DNA from: an uncultured Hyphomicrobiales bacterium | Lineage (GTDB): Bacteria; Bacteroidota; Ignavibacteria; Kapaibacteriales; UBA2268 | Direction: 5' to 3' | DNA length: 64,000 nucleotides | Assembly (NCBI GenBank): GCA_964498585.1 | Contig: CAZCHH010000005.1 | Location: 5,506 to 69,505 of the forward strand | Part shown: positions 31,476-41,085 of the stretch, in pieces | Numbering within the stretch: position 1 is the stretch's first letter | How the letters are laid out: every line of letters begins with the position of its first letter | Position numbers and translations under genes: made by a program | The notes under the pieces: model-generated | Seen by the model: only the letters and a program-made list of their open reading frames with translations | Told to the model about the DNA's origin: nothing | Databases searched by the model: none

Positions 31476-33608
31476 ATGAAAAAAATAATTCTTTTTATTC
31501 TAATAATCTCAAATTTCGCTTTTGCAGAGGATTGCGGCTGGAAATGGGTGAATCCTCTTCCGCAGGGAAATGATTTAAACACCGTAGATTTTCTTAATAA
31601 TGATATTGTTTTTATTACCGGGGAAAATGGTACTTTGTTGAAATCAACTGATGCCGGGATTACCTGGAGTATTATAAAAACTGAAACAAACGATATTATA
31701 TACCCTTATTTTTTTAATCAAAACCAAATATTGTTAATTGATTATAACGATAATATTTTTCGTTCTTTTAACGGAGGTAAAAATTGGAGTGAAAAAAAAC
31801 AATTAACTCCACATTTAAATAATGGAAAATTTCATTTCTTTGATATGAATAAAGCAGTTTGCTACTCCCGAATAGACAGCATTATGTTAAAAACATCGAA
31901 TTGTGGTAACTCCTGGGATACAATTAAAATCCCACCTACAGATTATTACAGAAATAAGATGTATTTTTTTGATGAAAATACTTTTTTTATTGTTGATAAA
32001 AGTTCTTTAATAAAATCAACTGATAGTGGAAAAAATTGGTCTATATATAATAATCTACCTGATTCTTCTTTAAAATCATTATTCTTTATTAATGAAAATA
32101 TTGGTTGGATAAGTGGTTCAAAAGGGAAAATTTATAAAACTACAGACGGTGGATTGAATTGGCAAAAACAAAATGTTTGCAAAAATACAGCAGAAGTTCA
32201 ATATTTTAAATTCTTTGATGAAAATACTGGTTATATTTTTAGCGGAAATAACTCCGGGCTTTTTAAAACAACAGATGGAGGAAATCACTGGGAAATGCAA
32301 ACAAGTGAGCCGTTTTTTGATGATGAAATCAAATCTATTTCTATTTCAGATGAAGAAGTTGTTATTGGGGTTGGGAAATGGGGAATAATCAAACGAACTA
32401 CTGATAAGGGATATAACTGGGTTAATATTAATTCTGGCATAAGTTACGATTTATCAGGTATTTATTTTATTAACAAACAAACAGCTTATGCTACTACGTC
32501 AGATAATATTTTCCTAATCACAACTGATGAAGGAAATACATGGAACGAAAAAGAATTAAACATATCAGATAACTTTAATTTAGGAGATATTAGGTTTTTT
32601 AATGAAGATATTGGTATATTAAATGATGTTAAAGGAAATTTTTTCAAAACAACAAATGCCGGCGATGACTGGACTAAAATCAGTTCTATGTCAGACGTAT
32701 CTATTCACGACGTAGAATTTGTCAATGAACAGGTCGGTTATGTTAGTTATTGGACATCAAATGGTGAGTACTACATTAAAAAGACTACTGATGGTGGGCA
32801 ATATTGGGACCACTGCAAAGCATTAAAAGACACTATAATATATAAAATGAAATTTTTTAATGAAAATTTTGGATATGCTGCCTGTAACTATGGTATTTTC
32901 TTTAAGACTACTGATGGCGGTCGCTCTTGGTGTAAAATTATTATTGATTCTACTATTGAATTGAAAGACCTTTATTTTTTAGATGAAAATACTGGCTGGG
33001 CTAAAACCAGATACACAAAAAGTGATTCAAACTGGACTACTCACATCTATGGTTCTCTTTTAAAAACAACCGATGGTGGTAATTCTTGGACTACTCAAAT
33101 TGATGGTGAATTTCTTATTGCAGATATGGACTTTTTAAATGAAAACTATGGATGGGTATCGACCAGTGATGGATATACTTATAAAACCACCGATGGTGGT
33201 AATTACTGGAAAAAAATTCCTTCCTGTATAAATTCTGGAATGTTTTGTATTCATATTGTTGATGTTGATAGTTGCTGGGCATTAACTGGAAGCTTTTTTA
33301 AGTTACACTACTCCTGCACCGAGACAGCCATAGAAGAGCCCCTCCCCATTCCCGAAACCAATGAGTTCCAAATCTTTCCAAATCCTGCAACAAACGAAAT
33401 TTCTTTATCTATTCCAGAAGAACAAAATATAAATTCAATTTCAATTTTCAATTCACTCGGAATGGAAGTAAAACGAATTGAACAAACTGAATTAATTGGA
33501 AATAGTAAAATAACAATTTCAACTGCAGATTTACCAAATGGCTTATATCATTTCTCCTTTGTAAATCAAACTGGAAGAGTAACGAAGAGTTTTGTGGTTC
33601 TGAGATAA
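31476..33608 (+). CDS. YCF48/BNR-repeat protein with T9SS type A sorting domain
   Basis: W...NPLPQGNDL start, many KTTDGG..W repeats, CTD IFPNPA...FNSLG...LPNGLY. Confidence 0.9.
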   Translation: MKKIILFILIISNFAFAEDCGWKWVNPLPQGNDLNTVDFLNNDIVFITGENGTLLKSTDAGITWSIIKTETNDIIYPYFFNQNQILLIDYNDNIFRSFNGGKNWSEKKQLTPHLNNGKFHFFDMNKAVCYSRIDSIMLKTSNCGNSWDTIKIPPTDYYRNKMYFFDENTFFIVDKSSLIKSTDSGKNWSIYNNLPDSSLKSLFFINENIGWISGSKGKIYKTTDGGLNWQKQNVCKNTAEVQYFKFFDENTGYIFSGNNSGLFKTTDGGNHWEMQTSEPFFDDEIKSISISDEEVVIGVGKWGIIKRTTDKGYNWVNINSGISYDLSGIYFINKQTAYATTSDNIFLITTDEGNTWNEKELNISDNFNLGDIRFFNEDIGILNDVKGNFFKTTNAGDDWTKISSMSDVSIHDVEFVNEQVGYVSYWTSNGEYYIKKTTDGGQYWDHCKALKDTIIYKMKFFNENFGYAACNYGIFFKTTDGGRSWCKIIIDSTIELKDLYFLDENTGWAKTRYTKSDSNWTTHIYGSLLKTTDGGNSWTTQIDGEFLIADMDFLNENYGWVSTSDGYTYKTTDGGNYWKKIPSCINSGMFCIHIVDVDSCWALTGSFFKLHYSCTETAIEEPLPIPETNEFQIFPNPATNEISLSIPEEQNINSISIFNSLGMEVKRIEQTELIGNSKITISTADLPNGLYHFSFVNQTGRVTKSFVVLR

Positions 33609-33910
33609 TATTTTCTATAAACTTTCGCAAAGTAAAGAAACTCGTGCGAAAGTGAAAGGCACTGTCATTCTGACGAATGTCAGAATCCATCTTTGTCTTA
33701 TCATTTCGAAACGAAGTGAGAAATCTCACAAGTCGTTGTTACCACAGAATTTGTATGAAATGGACAAAGGAGTCCTACATCTTCAAGATGTGGCACATCT
33801 AAAGCTGGTTTGTGTTTTATTTGAAGAGGGAAATTTGAGAGAAAATTTTGCTTTTAAGAAAAAGTTTAGTAAGTTGAAATAATAGATAATTTAAAATTTT
33901 GATTAAATAA

Positions 33911-35185
33911 ATGAGAAAGTCCAATAGTAGTAATTTGGAAATGATAGATAAAAAACCATACATAGAAACAATTATAGAAATAAGCCGCACTTATCTTGAG
34001 GAAGCATTTCCAAATAAAGAACGGCATGATGAGTTTTTGCAAAAAGTTGACTTTTTAAAAACTGAAACAAACATAAAAGAAATAATAGTAAAATTTACAG
34101 AGATTTATATTGATTTTGTAAAAAAAGATTATCAAAGCCAATACATTAATACTGATAAATCACTTATAGATTTTTTAGAAAAAAAAGATGATGGTGTGAA
34201 AATCATTTGGGGAAATTGCCTTGATGCAATGCAAGGAATGAACTCAGAATCAATACATTTGATGGTTAATTCTCCTCCTTATTACAACGCAAGAGAATAT
34301 TCTCAATGGAAAAATTTGAATGATTATTTAGATGATATGCGAATGATTATTCGTGAAGCATATCGTGTATTGGATAATCATAGAGTTTTTGTTTTTAATG
34401 TGGGTGATATTTTTGATAATGACAACATTACAACAAAATCAACTTGGGGTAAAAGACGTATTCCGTTAGGTGCTTACTTTACAAAAATATTTGAAGAAGA
34501 AGGATTTACTTTTGTCGATGATATTATTTGGGACAAAGGAGAGGTGCAAAGTGAACGGCATAAAAATGGCAACAAGCCCTATCCTTTTTACCAATACCCA
34601 ATGAACTGTTATGAACATCTGTTAATTTTTCACAAGCACAGAAACGACAAAAACCGCTATCCATGTCCAGTTTGCGGTTGTTTGAAAGTTAATGGCAATG
34701 CTTATTCAGAAATTGGATTAAAAAGTTGGGAATGTAAAAATTTAGAGTGTTTTGAACGTAGTCAGGCAAACCGTGGGAAAAGATTTTCACTTAAAACGAT
34801 TACTACACAAGGTAGGCAAGAAGAAAAATTTGCTATTGAAAAAGAATTTATAAAAAAATGGCGTAGAGATATAATAAAAATTAACCCAGTCATAAAAATA
34901 AACTCTAAAGGAGAAAACACTTTAGGGCATACAGCACCATTTCCTTATGAAATTCCAGAATTTGCTGTAAAAATGTTTTCTTATCCAGATGAATACGTTT
35001 TAGACCCTTTTGGTGGCAGCTTTACTTCTGTGTTGGTCGCAAAACAACTTGGTAGAATTGGTGTTGGCATTGAGTTAAACAAAGAGATGTTTGGCAAAAG
35101 TAGTATGCAAAATTTAATTAAAAATTTACAACCGCAATTATTTAATGACAAAATTATACAAATTTCAGTACTTGATTTATTATGA
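33911..35185 (+). CDS. Site-specific DNA methyltransferase (N4-C/N6-A, beta class) with Zn-ribbon insert
   Basis: SPPY motif IV before H.APFP and DPFGGS.T motif I; CPVC...C....C insert. Confidence 0.9.
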   Translation: MRKSNSSNLEMIDKKPYIETIIEISRTYLEEAFPNKERHDEFLQKVDFLKTETNIKEIIVKFTEIYIDFVKKDYQSQYINTDKSLIDFLEKKDDGVKIIWGNCLDAMQGMNSESIHLMVNSPPYYNAREYSQWKNLNDYLDDMRMIIREAYRVLDNHRVFVFNVGDIFDNDNITTKSTWGKRRIPLGAYFTKIFEEEGFTFVDDIIWDKGEVQSERHKNGNKPYPFYQYPMNCYEHLLIFHKHRNDKNRYPCPVCGCLKVNGNAYSEIGLKSWECKNLECFERSQANRGKRFSLKTITTQGRQEEKFAIEKEFIKKWRRDIIKINPVIKINSKGENTLGHTAPFPYEIPEFAVKMFSYPDEYVLDPFGGSFTSVLVAKQLGRIGVGIELNKEMFGKSSMQNLIKNLQPQLFNDKIIQISVLDLL

Positions 35186-35823
35186 ATGAATTAGAAGAAA
35201 AGAAAAAGCAGGTCATTGGACTTTATGGTGAAATGCGTTTGTCAATGGAATTGCACGAACTTGGCTGGCAGGTTCATAGAGCTTATATTGATGAAGGTAT
35301 TGTTTTTACAATCACTAAATACTATTGCCCTAAATGTAAGAAATACAGTAATCAATATATTCGATATGCTATCCGCAACGGGAAAAATGTAAAATGTGTA
35401 ACTAATCTGTGTGAGCATTGCAAAGTTACTGAATTAGAAGTAATTTCCCGATATTTACAAGTAAAAACTTCTGAAGGTATAAAAACTGAAAAAGACGATG
35501 TCCGAAAATTTAGTTTCCACCCAAAAATTAGGTATAATATGGGCAACGAAGTGTTTTATGTTTGGATTGCTGTTTTTAACGAAACCAAAGAGAAAAAATG
35601 TCATTTTTACATTTTAAATACAAAAGACGTTGAAAAATTTGATAATATTAATTTAGATACTTATCAAATCACAGATAATCAAAAAACTGAACTGCCAATT
35701 AGAAATGATGGTGTGGTCTTAAAAAAAGGAACAGCAAGTACTGGCTATGACTATTCTGTATTTAACAATCGTTTTTACAATGATTTTGGTGCATTAGAAA
35801 TAGAAATAAAGAACGAATTTTGA
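35182..35823 (+). CDS. Putative PD-(D/E)XK (QxK) restriction endonuclease-like protein with Zn finger
   Basis: G..GE......L...GW helix, DEGIVF, CPKC/CEHC, LQVKTS; ATGA overlap with the MTase. Confidence 0.6.
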   Translation: MNELEEKKKQVIGLYGEMRLSMELHELGWQVHRAYIDEGIVFTITKYYCPKCKKYSNQYIRYAIRNGKNVKCVTNLCEHCKVTELEVISRYLQVKTSEGIKTEKDDVRKFSFHPKIRYNMGNEVFYVWIAVFNETKEKKCHFYILNTKDVEKFDNINLDTYQITDNQKTELPIRNDGVVLKKGTASTGYDYSVFNNRFYNDFGALEIEIKNEF

Positions 35824-35824
35824 A

Positions 35825-36064
35825 ATGAAGAAACGATATTTGAAAGATTACAATATAAACATATTTTATAGCGACGAAGATGGCGGTTATATTGCAGATA
35901 TTCCTGATTTAAAGTGTTGTTCAGCTTTTGGAAAAACTCCAAATGAAGCATTGCAGGAAGTTCTTATTGCAAAAGAAGTTTGGCTTGAATCCGCAAAAAA
36001 CAATCATCGCAAAATTCCAAAGCCAAGATATTTGCCAGCTTTTTATAAAATTGCAGTTTTGTAG
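35825..36064 (+). CDS. hicB: HicB-family antitoxin (orphan)
   Basis: YSDEDGGYIADIPDL..CSAFG.TP.EAL.E...AKE.WLE.......IP.P. Confidence 0.88.
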   Translation: MKKRYLKDYNINIFYSDEDGGYIADIPDLKCCSAFGKTPNEALQEVLIAKEVWLESAKNNHRKIPKPRYLPAFYKIAVL

Positions 36065-36503
36065 GTTATTGATTTATAGGTTTTTAAGTGAATACTTAGA
36101 TGTCCTACATCTTTTTCTTCTTTGCTTCTCCTTTTTCCCGATTAAATATTCTTCTTTTATATTCCAAATATTTTCCGTATATTGCATTTATGAGAAATAG
36201 AACTTTATCGGCAAATAATAATTTAAACGGAAAGGGAACAATCCGCGGATTATCTTTTCTTTCTTTCCAGAAAATTATGCTGATTTTTATTTTCATCCAA
36301 GTAATTTCATCTGCCATACCCCTTTAATTTTCATTATATACAATTTTAATAATATATAATCAAAATATATTTTAGTGATTGTAATATAATGGTTTATCAC
36401 AGTTAATCTCATTTTATCAAATATATCAATGTAAGTTGTTGTTATATAATTAATTAGTATTAGCAATTTAATAATTTTAAAATTTAAAATATAGGAGTTT
36501 TTA

Positions 36504-37850
36504 ATGAAAACAAATCAATATATCCCGAAATATAATGTAGAAGCTAAAAATGTTACTTCTGAATTGTCCAAATATATGTTAGTCGATGGTTTTCCAATCT
36601 GTTTGGATTTAGATAAAAGCTACGACGGTTTTTTTGTTGATTCAATGAACGATACAGAATATAACGACTTTTTCTCTTGCTTTGCATCTCTTCCAATTGG
36701 CTTGAACCATCCAAAAATTAATAATGATGAGTTTATTAAATATATTGGAAAAATTGCAGTAAACAAACCATCAAATTCTGATATTTACACAGAAGCTATG
36801 GCTACTTTTGTAAAAACATTTTTTAAAATTGCAGTGCCAGACTATTTCAAATATTCATTTTATATTTGTGGTGGTGCTTTAGCAGTAGAAAATGCCCTTA
36901 AAACTGCTTTCGATTGGAAAGTAAGAAAGAATTTTGCAAAAGGATATAAACGCGAAGTCGGACATCAGATTATTCATTTCCGTGAAGCATTCCACGGCAG
37001 AACTGGTTACACAATGTCCCTAACAAATACTGACCCAACTAAGGTAAATTATTATCCAAAATTTGAATGGCCCAGAATAATTAGCCCCAAAATGGTATTT
37101 CCACTCAATCAAAACAATTTAGAATACACCATTAAATTAGAAAACGAAGCCATTGAAAGCATCAAAAAGGCATTTTTAAATAATAAAGATGACATCGCCG
37201 GAATAATTATTGAGCCAATTCAAGGCGAAGGTGGAGACAATCATTTCCGTCCGGAATTTATGAAGCAATTACGCCAACTTGCCGATGAAAATGAAGCACT
37301 TTTGATATTCGACGAAGTTCAAACTGGCTTAGGGCTTACTGGAACCTGGTGGGCACATCAGCAACTTGAAGCCAAACCAGATTTAATGTGCTTCGGTAAA
37401 AAAATGCAGGTTTGCGGTATTCTTGCTACCGACAGAGTTGATGATATTCCGAATAACGTCTTTCATACTTCTAGCAGAATTAATTCCACATGGGGTGGAA
37501 ATCTTGTCGATATGGTGCGTGCTACCCGTTATTTAGAAATTATTGAAGAAGAAAATTTACTCGAAAACGTAAAGGAACAAGGCAAATACTTGATGCAGGA
37601 ACTTCATAACATCGAAAATGAATTTCCAAATTTAATTTCAAACGTTCGCGGAAAAGGGCTTTTCTGTGCATTCGATTTCCCGAATTCAGAAATTAGAAAT
37701 AAAGTAAGAGAATTATGCTTTGAAAACAAACTAATAATTCTTTCCTGTGGCGACAAATCATTACGCTTCAGGCCATCACTCAACGCAAAAAGAAAGCAGC
37801 TTGAAGATGGACTGGCTATTATCCGTCATTGCATTGCAAAAGTGAAATAG
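36504..37850 (+). CDS. lat: L-lysine 6-transaminase (class III aminotransferase)
   Basis: GALAVENALK.AFDWK, AFHGRTGYTMSLTNT, EPIQGEGGDNH, FDEVQTG, FGKKMQVCG, RINSTWGG. Confidence 0.92.
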   Translation: MKTNQYIPKYNVEAKNVTSELSKYMLVDGFPICLDLDKSYDGFFVDSMNDTEYNDFFSCFASLPIGLNHPKINNDEFIKYIGKIAVNKPSNSDIYTEAMATFVKTFFKIAVPDYFKYSFYICGGALAVENALKTAFDWKVRKNFAKGYKREVGHQIIHFREAFHGRTGYTMSLTNTDPTKVNYYPKFEWPRIISPKMVFPLNQNNLEYTIKLENEAIESIKKAFLNNKDDIAGIIIEPIQGEGGDNHFRPEFMKQLRQLADENEALLIFDEVQTGLGLTGTWWAHQQLEAKPDLMCFGKKMQVCGILATDRVDDIPNNVFHTSSRINSTWGGNLVDMVRATRYLEIIEEENLLENVKEQGKYLMQELHNIENEFPNLISNVRGKGLFCAFDFPNSEIRNKVRELCFENKLIILSCGDKSLRFRPSLNAKRKQLEDGLAIIRHCIAKVK

Positions 37851-37876
37851 ATTTTTTCATTCATATCCGACTTATT

Positions 37877-37907
37877 TCTCCTTCCCAAGCGCAACTTGGG
37901 AAGGAGA
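37877..37907. repeat. Family K palindrome (ctccttcccaag...cttgggaaggag); may act as a terminator between convergent genes
   Basis: Perfect 13 bp stem; degenerate copies at 12141-12170 and ~44557-44586. Confidence 0.7.
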
Positions 37908-37979
37908 TTCAAAAAATGACATTTCCTTTTAAATAAAGCATTTGCTTTATTTGGGAGTTCCCGATGTTGGGCATCTATT

Positions 37980-39020
37980 TTATTCCTTTTCTTTCATAAC
38001 TATTTCCTCAACCGCCTCAAGCACTCTTTCAGCACTAATCAGATTCATGCAATTAAAATGCTTTTTGGGGCATTTGCTTCTGCCAATATGAGTGCAAGGA
38101 CGACACTTTAAATCTACTTCAATAATTCTGTGATTTACACGATAAGGAGCAAAACCAAAATCAGTGGTAGTAGAACCGAAAATAGCAACAATAGGAATTT
38201 TTCTCGCAGCAGCAATATGCATTACACCGGTATCGTTAGTTACCAGTAAATCGCAGTTACTTAAAATTTCAGCAGTTTTTAAAACAGATTTTTCACCAGA
38301 AAAATCTTTTGGGAAATTATCAGTTTTTTCTAAAATCTCTTGACATATTTTTTTATCGCTTGCTCCACCGAGTAAAAATATTTCAAAATCATATTTATTT
38401 TTAATTAAATTAATTAATTCAGAGAATTTATTTATACCCCATTGCTTTGTGAAATGATAAGCACCGGGGGCAATAGCAATTTTTTTTCTAATATTATTTG
38501 TTTTTTCAATTTCTTTTTCAAAAAATATCTCAAGTCCGTTTCCATCATCAATAAGTAAATGATTGAAATTTGCAGTATTGAAGTATAGCTCAGGAATAGA
38601 TAGTTTTTTATTTAATAAATTCTTCTTAAAATGCACCAGACAAAGCTTAAATAGTCTGTTCTTTTTAATTTTCAGAATTTTTTTTCCAAACTGGCAGCGG
38701 AAATGCTTTGAGCGCTTATTATTATGCAAATCGATAATTAAATCGTATTTACTATTTGGCAACTGATGAGCTAATTCTTTCTTTTGTTTTATAATTTTGG
38801 AAAAAGAATTTAATTTATCATAAATAATAACGTTAGACAAATAAGGATTAAATTTCAAAATTTCATAAAATTGTTTAGAAATTAAAAAATCTATTCTTGC
38901 ATCTATAAACGTAGAACGAATGAGACGAATAAGCGATGTAGATAAAATTACGTCGCCCATTGAACTCAATCGAATTAATAAAATACTATTTATTGTTTTT
39001 TTATTTTTATTAAATTTCAT
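37980..39020 (-). CDS. GT9 lipopolysaccharide heptosyltransferase (WaaF-like)
   Basis: IRLSSMGDV, APGA....KQW, NDTG.MHIAAA, CRPC..IG...CP..HF.CM. Confidence 0.9.
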   Translation of the reverse strand: MKFNKNKKTINSILLIRLSSMGDVILSTSLIRLIRSTFIDARIDFLISKQFYEILKFNPYLSNVIIYDKLNSFSKIIKQKKELAHQLPNSKYDLIIDLHNNKRSKHFRCQFGKKILKIKKNRLFKLCLVHFKKNLLNKKLSIPELYFNTANFNHLLIDDGNGLEIFFEKEIEKTNNIRKKIAIAPGAYHFTKQWGINKFSELINLIKNKYDFEIFLLGGASDKKICQEILEKTDNFPKDFSGEKSVLKTAEILSNCDLLVTNDTGVMHIAAARKIPIVAIFGSTTTDFGFAPYRVNHRIIEVDLKCRPCTHIGRSKCPKKHFNCMNLISAERVLEAVEEIVMKEKE

Positions 39021-39078
39021 AATTTTAAAAATTATTTTTACTAAAATATTGAAAATAAAAATAAATTGGAAATAAATT

Positions 39079-39429
39079 ATGAAATTTACAGTAGAACATA
39101 TTGATAATTTAGTAATCTTTACTCTAAAAGATAAGAAGATAAATTCAGAATTATCATCTGAATTAAAAACCCAATTTTTAATTCTGAGTCAACCGGACAT
39201 AGCCGCATTAGTCTTAGATTTATCAGCAGTGGACTACATTGATAGTTCAGGCCTCGGAGCTTTATTGCTTTCACATCGACAGCTAAAAGAATATGATATT
39301 CCAGTTATTCTTGTAGGACTGCAGGATATGATTACTAAATTACTAAAAATTTCATATATAGACCATCTATTTAAATATTCCAATACAGTAGAAGAAGTTA
39401 TTAATAATTATAAAAAAAGGGAAATATGA
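39079..39429 (+). CDS. STAS-domain anti-sigma factor antagonist
   Basis: LDLS.V.YIDSSGLGAL. Confidence 0.9.
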   Translation: MKFTVEHIDNLVIFTLKDKKINSELSSELKTQFLILSQPDIAALVLDLSAVDYIDSSGLGALLLSHRQLKEYDIPVILVGLQDMITKLLKISYIDHLFKYSNTVEEVINNYKKREI

Positions 39430-40658
39430 GTGAAATAGCATTAGACAGATTCTTAAGATATGTCAAAATTGATACACAATCAACAGATTCAGCAGAAACT
39501 ACACCAAGCACAGCCAAGCAATTCGATTTAGCAAATCTTTTAGTAAAAGAATTAAAAGAAATTGGATTAGAAGACGCAGAAGTCGACGAGCATTGCTACG
39601 TTATGGCTACTTTGCCAAGCAACATTGAAAATAGAAACAGCTTGCCAACAATTGGACTTATTGCCCATGTTGATACTACTCCAGAAGTAAGTGGAACAAA
39701 TGTAAAAGCCAATATTATTGAGAATTATAAAGGAGGAGACATCGCTTTGCCCGGTGATGATTCTGTAATTATTAAAGTGTCCGAAAATCCGAAATTGAAT
39801 GAATGTATTGGTCATAAATTAGTTACTTCAGACGGCACTACATTACTCGGAGCTGATAATAAAGCTGGAGTAGCTGCTATTGTCAGCGCTGCTGACTATT
39901 TAATAAAACATCCAGAAATTAAGCACGGAAAAATTAGAATTGGTTTTACTCCAGACGAAGAAATCGGACAGGGAACTAAATTTTTTAATGTGAAAAAATT
40001 CGGTGCCGACTATGCTTATACTATTGACGGCGAACTTCCCGGCGAGTTAAATAAAGAGACTTTCAGTGCTAATTCCTGCACTGTAATTGTTAAGGGACGC
40101 GATATTCATCCCGGTTCTGCAAAAAATATTATGGTTAATTCTATCCGTGTGCTTTCTGAAATTATCTCCCGACTCCCTAAGGATATGGCACCAGAAACTA
40201 CTGAGGGCTATGAACCATACATCCATCCTTACGTTCTGGAAGGAAGTATTTCTTATTCCAGTATTAAAATGCTTTTCCGCGATTTTGATACCAATGGTTT
40301 GGATAAATTAAAAGAAATCGTTGAAAAAGCTATAGAAGAGACAAAGCAAATATTTCCAAAAGCTGAAATTATTATGGAAATTAAAGAAACATATAGAAAT
40401 ATGCGCGAAAAACTTGATGAAAACCAAATTGTTCTAGAAAAATTATGGGAAGCTTCCTCTCGGGCTGGTATTAAACCGTTTTGGTCGCCTATTCGAGGTG
40501 GAACTGATGGAGCTAAATTAACTGCTATGGGCTTGCCTACCCCAAATATTTATACCGGCGGACAAAATTTCCATAGTAAAACTGAATGGCTTTCTGTCGA
40601 TTCTCTAAATAAAACCGTAGATACTATTATTGAATTAGCTAAAGTATGGTCTGAATAG
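39426..40658 (+). CDS. pepT: Peptidase T (tripeptide aminopeptidase, M20B)
   Basis: RFLRYVKIDTQS, AHVDT, DGTTLLGADNKAG, FTPDEEIG, PIRGGTDG, NFHS..EW. Confidence 0.95.
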   Translation: MSEIALDRFLRYVKIDTQSTDSAETTPSTAKQFDLANLLVKELKEIGLEDAEVDEHCYVMATLPSNIENRNSLPTIGLIAHVDTTPEVSGTNVKANIIENYKGGDIALPGDDSVIIKVSENPKLNECIGHKLVTSDGTTLLGADNKAGVAAIVSAADYLIKHPEIKHGKIRIGFTPDEEIGQGTKFFNVKKFGADYAYTIDGELPGELNKETFSANSCTVIVKGRDIHPGSAKNIMVNSIRVLSEIISRLPKDMAPETTEGYEPYIHPYVLEGSISYSSIKMLFRDFDTNGLDKLKEIVEKAIEETKQIFPKAEIIMEIKETYRNMREKLDENQIVLEKLWEASSRAGIKPFWSPIRGGTDGAKLTAMGLPTPNIYTGGQNFHSKTEWLSVDSLNKTVDTIIELAKVWSE

Positions 40659-40730
40659 TATCAAAAACTTTAGAAAAACAGGGAAACTTTTCTAAACCAA
40701 GATTAAAGTAAGTTGTCCAACATCTTCGAG

Positions 40731-40858
40731 GGTTTGTGCAAAAACTAGTAAATTCTCGAACAGACAAGAATGTCTATTCTACTAAGTTATTATAATTCAA
40801 GTAGGACGAACATTTTTGTTTGACATTAATTCTTTAAATCTTAGTTTTTGCATAAATT
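40731..40858. mobile_element. Putative MITE inserted in the loop of a family B palindrome
   Basis: TIR ggtttgtgcaaaaacta versus tagtttttgcataaatt (14/17); flanking direct repeat cttcgag at 40724-40730 and 40859-40865. Confidence 0.72.
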
Positions 40859-41085
40859 CTTCGAGATGTTGGACAACTTTAATCTTAATGATAAACTAAG
40901 ATGGCTTCTGGCATACGCCAGATGGTATTACTATAACAATAAGAAAAACTCACAAATTTATTTTTGAGATATATTTATTTTTTTATAAGTTTAATATTTA
41001 AAAATTTCTAAAAATATTTATTGAGAAATAAAATCTTGCATAAGTTAAAGGATTCTGAATTTTTAATAATTAAAATAATAATAAT

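Noticed and set aside
28090-36112. Prophage or integrative element
   Set aside because: No integrase, phage structural, replication or conjugation genes and no tRNA att site
39426-40658. Inactive PepT because of ADNKAG instead of ADDKAG
   Set aside because: The metal-ligand Asp and the other motifs are intact and the ORF is full length; treated as a natural variant
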